A stretch of 42,196 bases of DNA from positions 1 to 42,196 of the forward strand of contig MU619327.1 in the NCBI GenBank assembly GCA_025201805.1. The letters run 5' to 3'. Origin of the DNA: Parasitella parasitica NRRL 2501 (taxonomy: Eukaryota; Fungi; Mucoromycota). The translations under genes were made by a program, and so were the position numbers. How positions within the stretch are numbered: the stretch's first letter is position 1; each line of letters opens with the position of its first letter. The notes below the pieces were generated by a model that was not told where the DNA came from, did not search any database, and saw nothing but the letters and a program-made list of their open reading frames with translations. Shown one piece after another: positions 37,263 through 42,196 of the stretch.

Positions 37263-38623
37263 TCATGAGCTCTGCTTCATAATATTTGGATCTCTTCCAA
37301 GTAAGATTGTTTATATTCGAAGAATAAAGCATTGTTAAAATCCGTTGAGCTTAGGTATGCTTTTCCTATGGGCCTTCCGGCCCCTTATGTTATACTATAA
37401 AGCTTATATATCATTTTCAAACTCTGATATGGGTTTCATTGGAGCTTTAGCACTTTTCCATTTTACGCGACAATATCGTATTTTCATATCAAACTCACAA
37501 AATATTTGGGGGTATATAAGTATGGTTGTGTTATTAACACAATTAATATTGCAAAAAAAACCTATGAAGCATGATAGGTCAGAAAATAAAAAGAAAACTG
37601 CCATAGTCTTCATTTTTTTGAAAATAACTCTGTCAGTTTTTGAGTAAATTTAAATAACAATATTTTAAATTGAAGCTGACATTAAGTTGCATCGAACAAG
37701 CTATAGCTTGCCCTGGTTTAATTACTATGCAAAGAAAATAACGCGTGTGAAGGATGTAAGTAGCATAAACTTCGACAAGCTATATCTCGAGATAGAAACG
37801 TTTTAAGCACCTAGTTTTTAAGCTAAAAACATTTATTTCAACCAGTTTTATTGTATTTTGCAGTAAAATCAATGTTGAAAATGTTGAAAAAATATCACCA
37901 AAAATCCCTTGTATACCCAAGGCAAAATCGAGCATCGACGAATAATTTCTTATAACTTCATAAAAAATAATGCCAAAGTTATGTATAATAGCTTAAATAA
38001 TGCGCATTATTTGGGAGCACCTGTTTATAAATTTGTTTTAGAAATTTGGATATAAAAGTGTCCTTCCTATTGCTAAAAACCAATTTTCATGTTTTTGCAT
38101 TTTGCGCAATTTTTTAAGTGGCAAAACTTTTTTTTTTTTACACCATTAGATGAAGACTCCAAATTAATCTACAGTTCACTTACGGGAGCAAGTTAGGTAT
38201 CTATTCGTTTTTGCCGATATTTGTCAACTTTACTTTTTTCTTTCAATTTTCTCGGTTGTTTCCATCAGTTTATGCACATGCGATTTGAAACACCGACACA
38301 ATTGATTTTTTCGAAATTGCTCAATCTGTTTGCAACATTGGAAGGCTGTAATCAAATCAAAAAATTAGTAAAGACAAATTGTGTATGCTAGATAAGAAAG
38401 TAGGCAGCTACAGTTGAATTTACGAGACAAAGGTCTTGAATTATTAGCAGATGCCATATAAAATTAACGATGGCTTCGCCAATGGAAAAGCGAGTTTAGC
38501 CTTCCAAACCATATAAGCCTCCATCCGGACCGGTAAAGTATTGAAAAATTCACTTTTATCACAAGCAAAAAATTTTTCTGGTGTTGCTCTCTCTCTTTTC
38601 ACAACAGTTCAGACAGTACCAAT

Positions 38624-39834
38624 ATGGTTGCTTAGTAAGTATTACACTCAACGGCTCATTCTTTCGACGAAGCAACAATAAGGGCATTGCAATTCTTACG
38701 TGTATGAACAAGCATGTTTCTGTATTGTCGTTCGTTTACTTGCTGCTGAAGTTCTTGTTTGTTGATTTCAACAAATACTTTCAGTGGCTTGTGTTTTTTT
38801 TTTCGTATGGAATTGGATCACCAAGTGTTCATCATCAATTTATAATAGCAACGTCCCCACTGCTAACGACGTCCTCGTTCCCGAGACTCTCTTGAAGAAG
38901 AACAAGTCCTGCGCTAAGGCTGCTGAACAAGCTACTGCCCAAAAGGCTGAGCTCCGTAAGGCAAGTATACGTTTTAATGAATTACTGAAGCTTGATTGCA
39001 GCAATTGAAGATGTGTAGAAAAAGTAAAGAAAGTTATGATGATACTTGGGGACGCGACCCCTATGGACTAGATTGCACTCGATGATGTCTCTTAGTTAAC
39101 CATCTTTCGGGGCTGATACTTTTCTTTTACGATATACATTTTCAATTTGGCCTGCAACAATGGTATTAATCAAGATCAAGAGATACTAACCTAATTCAAC
39201 TATTCAGGCCAAGCTCGCCAAGAGACGTGACATTTTCAAGCGTGCCGCCAAACACGATGCCGAATACAAGTCTGCCGCCAAGAACGAGATCCGTCTCCGT
39301 CGTCAAGCTAAGGTTTTAGGTAACTACTACGTTCCCGCTCAAGAGAAGCTCGTCTTCGTTGTCCGTATCCGTGGTATCAACAACATTGCTCCCAAGCCTC
39401 GTAAGGTTCTCCAACTTTTCCGTCTTTTGCAAATCAACAACGGTGTCTTTGTTCGTCTCAACAAGGCTACCTCCGAGATGCTTCAATTGATCCAACCTTA
39501 TGTCACCTACGGTTACCCCAACTTGAAGACCATCCGTGGTTTGATTTACAAGCGTGGATATGCCAAGGTCAACAAGCAACGTATCCCCATCTCTGACAAC
39601 TCTGTCATCGAGAAGTCTCTCGGTAAGTACGACATTATCTGTGTTGAAGATCTTGTCCACGAGATCGCTACTGTTGGTCCCCACTTCAAGGAAGCCTCCA
39701 ACTTCCTCTGGCCTTTCAAGCTCTCCAACCCTAACAACATGTGGAGAGAGCGCAAGTTCCTCAACTATGTTGAAGGTGGTGATACTGGTAACCGTGAAGC
39801 CTTCATCAACAACTTGGTTCAATCCATGAACTAA
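38624..39834 (+). CDS. RPL7: 60S ribosomal protein L7 (uL30); introns 38635-38848 and 38961-39207
   Basis: [56 protein letters not shown] and NFLWPFKLS. Strong codon bias. A pyrimidine tract at 38587-38600 precedes the ATG. Confidence 0.97.
39030..39122 (+). ncRNA. Intronic box C/D snoRNA, snR39B/SNORD2-like
   Basis: Box C ATGATGA (39036-39042), box D CTGA (39113-39116) and terminal stem aaagt/acttt. The guide TAGTTAACCATCTTTCGGG is complementary (18/19) to the conserved LSU rRNA sequence CCCGAAAGAUGGUGAACUA. Confidence 0.88.
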
Positions 39835-40586
39835 ATTATTTCTTGAGAAAATAAAATAAAAAGCAGTTCTTTTTGTCTTTTTTTCATTAAGCTTGACGCA
39901 AATCATATTGTCTGAATGCAATCTTTTGAATATTTATATTGTTGCAGAATGAAGCCAGCTCTGCATGGTGGGAAAAATACCTGACAAAATATGTTGGCAT
40001 CATCATGAAATAAAATGTTATATGCTAAGCGAAAAGAAACTAAAGGAGACAATGTTAATAAATCTCATCAATGGTCTGATGATGGTAAAATCCAGGGACA
40101 GAAGAGCTTCAGTAATCTTGTCAAAAACTCAAATATATGAAAACGCCTACATTTTAAATCATCAAATTTAACATACCACCATTTTGTTAATAGACCATTG
40201 GTGCTGTATATTCACTTTATTCTGTTTATTATACATTATATAAAGTCTCTAACATCAAACATGAATGCTAAGATAGCGCGAAAGCAATGACCTAATGCCA
40301 AGATGAAGCTCTGATTTTTCTATATTGAATAACTTTTTACATCCATGAACACAGTCATCTCACATCATTGTGCTTCACTTTTAACTTCGTAGTAGCTGTA
40401 AAAGCTTACTACTGAATATTTTTGCTTGACGTAATCACATATTCATGAAGGCAACACCTGTAAGAACACCCATTTAGTGGCTTTGTCAACCTTGTGCATG
40501 AGATTACGGCACGGTATCTCTGACTGTCATATTTAACTGGGAAAAATTTCCATGTTCATGGTCACAAACCAACATTTCAAAAAAGT

Positions 40587-40594
40587 ATAAATAG
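40587..40594 (+). promoter_or_regulatory. TATA box of the U1 snRNA gene
   Basis: TATAAATA about 30-36 nt upstream of the U1 5' end. Confidence 0.65.
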
Positions 40595-40622
40595 GAGGCC
40601 TTTTTGCAATTGATTGCAACTC

Positions 40623-40784
40623 ATACTTACCTGGGTCGTGCATTGGGTATCAAGAATCCCTGATGTACAGTGAGGCCGATTGTCATTGCACAGCGACGAT
40701 TAGCTTTGCTGCGAACATCTTCGGATGTCTCGAGGCCATAATTTTTGTTTAGGGGGAGTGGGTGGTTCGCCGCTTGCTCCCCTG
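40623..40784 (+). ncRNA. U1: U1 spliceosomal snRNA
   Basis: 5' ATACTTACCTGG, loop I tatcaagaa, loop II ATTGCAC (U1A site), stem III acatc-TTCG-gatgt, Sm site AATTTTTG and terminal hairpin ggggagtgggtgg-TTCG-ccgcttgctcccc. Confidence 0.96.
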
Positions 40785-41574
40785 AACATCCACTATATTT
40801 TTTAAAAAAAAATGAAAAACTAAAGTTTATGGTTAAAGATGCTTTGTGGGATTCTCATGTACAAGTTATGGCCTGAACAATGTGAGCAATTCATGTGTCT
40901 GCGTTGTGATCCATAAACTATTTATATAACGCCTCTTATCCTTACTTCATTACGACTTGAACAAACGCATACTTTTTCTTGTACAATCAAACACGAAACG
41001 TTTGATTCTATTTTTATCGTAACATGTGCAGTAATATCTGGTTTAAAAAAAAAAAAAGCTATAATGATGAAACATTTGCGACATGTCTCAATGTTGTTAA
41101 ATGATCATCTGTCGTCGAATCAACAAAAGATTCTGTATGTTAAATATGAGCTTTGCCAAGAAACACTAGCGCGATCGTTTGACAATATTTGCCATTTATT
41201 CAATAATGTATACTTTACATCAGCGAAAGTATCTCGTATCGTAGCGTATTTGCTATTGAGCTTCTTGGTCTCTGCATGTAGATGCGCTATATATTTTACA
41301 GTTTTACATCATCAAAGTTTTCTTGCGTCTGTTTTGTTATGGTACTCTTTTCTGAGATTTTTTTCTGTATCAACAACGTTTATTTCCAAAGACAACAAGC
41401 AAAGAGCCTGTAAGTGGTTATACCCTTGAGAACGTAGGGTCTTATTGTTGTTTGAAAAAGGAAGCCATGATTGCTCTAGTCTTTCTAAAAGCCTTTATAC
41501 ATTTCTATTTAAATGTCATTGTCAATGATGGAATTAAGATGAAATTCAACCCTCCATTTTATAAATATTAGCTT

Positions 41575-41720
41575 TGACTTGTAGAGATGTGGCATGCATC
41601 ATACGAAAGTAAGGTAATTCTTATTCTTGTCACTTACGGGCGACAGTGCTCTGGATCAGGACAAGCTGAGTATTTCATTTATTATAGCTTTCATAATATG
41701 AGCCACAACCAAACTTCAAT
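41575..41720. repeat. Third, more diverged copy of the 36.2-37.3 kb repeat
   Basis: tgtggcatgcatcatacgaaagtaaggtaat...tgtcacttacgggcgacagtgctctggatcaggacaagct aligns with 36499-36560 plus 37177-37195 in the same orientation. Confidence 0.75.
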
Positions 41721-42196
41721 GGAAATAGCCAGAAGCTTTATTGAAGGTGCTGCGTCTAACATTGATAAAACTTTCGACTGCAATTCTCTTACTTTCTGTT
41801 TCTTTCGTTCTTGTTCTAGTACATACTTGATGATTCTTTTAACATCTTTCTGGCGAAGACGCAACAGTGATAAATTTGAAATCAGAACCATTTTGCGTAT
41901 AACGACATTTATATGTGGGTCGGGAAACCTGAGGAGACCAAAAGGAAACCTCTGATTTCATATCCCGCAGGCAATTAATTGAACTTATTCAAGAGGAAAC
42001 TTCAATAAGTCGACTTATTTGAAGGTTGGGAAACCTGTAATAAATTTATTAGTTTATATAGCAGATGATATATGATGCCTCAAATATTTTGCTATATAAC
42101 TATAACTTTATACATCACAAAAAAAACTAATATATTGTGTAAAAGACTTTTTTTATTTAGAGTAATGTAAAAATTAAATCACTATTTTTTGAAAGG

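Noticed and set aside
36480-37332. Four long ORFs in the track
   Set aside because: They consist mostly of X residues translated through the N gap.
38635-38848. Second snoRNA in RPL7 intron 1
   Set aside because: No RTGATGA box C with matching box D and rRNA guide, and no convincing H/ACA pattern.
39316-39921. 201-aa antisense ORF over RPL7
   Set aside because: A shadow ORF produced by the strong codon bias of a highly expressed gene. No independent signals.

Overview
This is AT-rich, intron-rich eukaryotic DNA. Its compact genes, short 50-90 nt introns and lineage-type orphan genes fit an early-diverging fungus, probably Mucorales (inferred). About 15 protein genes can be built by hand: an F-BAR/DEP/RhoGAP, a full-size PDR-type ABC transporter, a GPR1/FUN34/YaaH acetate transporter, DPB4, maleylacetoacetate isomerase, a WBP2-like protein, a two-TM orphan with ENaC/PAC-like layout, a signal-anchored M1 aminopeptidase, a Gfd2/QIP-like DEDDh exonuclease, a type II NADH dehydrogenase, PEX19, a DAP1-like small protein, a coiled-coil orphan, a PD-(D/E)XK-like orphan nuclease and RPL7. 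Non-coding features are a U1 snRNA, a C/D snoRNA in RPL7 intron 2 and a decayed tRNA-Ser(GCT). There is also a ~277-bp repeat family around a 585-N assembly gap. The best leads are a possible fungal DAP1/Dap1b-type ribosome-dormancy factor, a candidate ENaC/PAC-like channel, an snR39B-type snoRNA inside a GC-AG intron of RPL7, and an apparent excess of GC-AG introns (4 of about 49). All gene models and family calls come from manual reading and recalled motifs; no searches were run.
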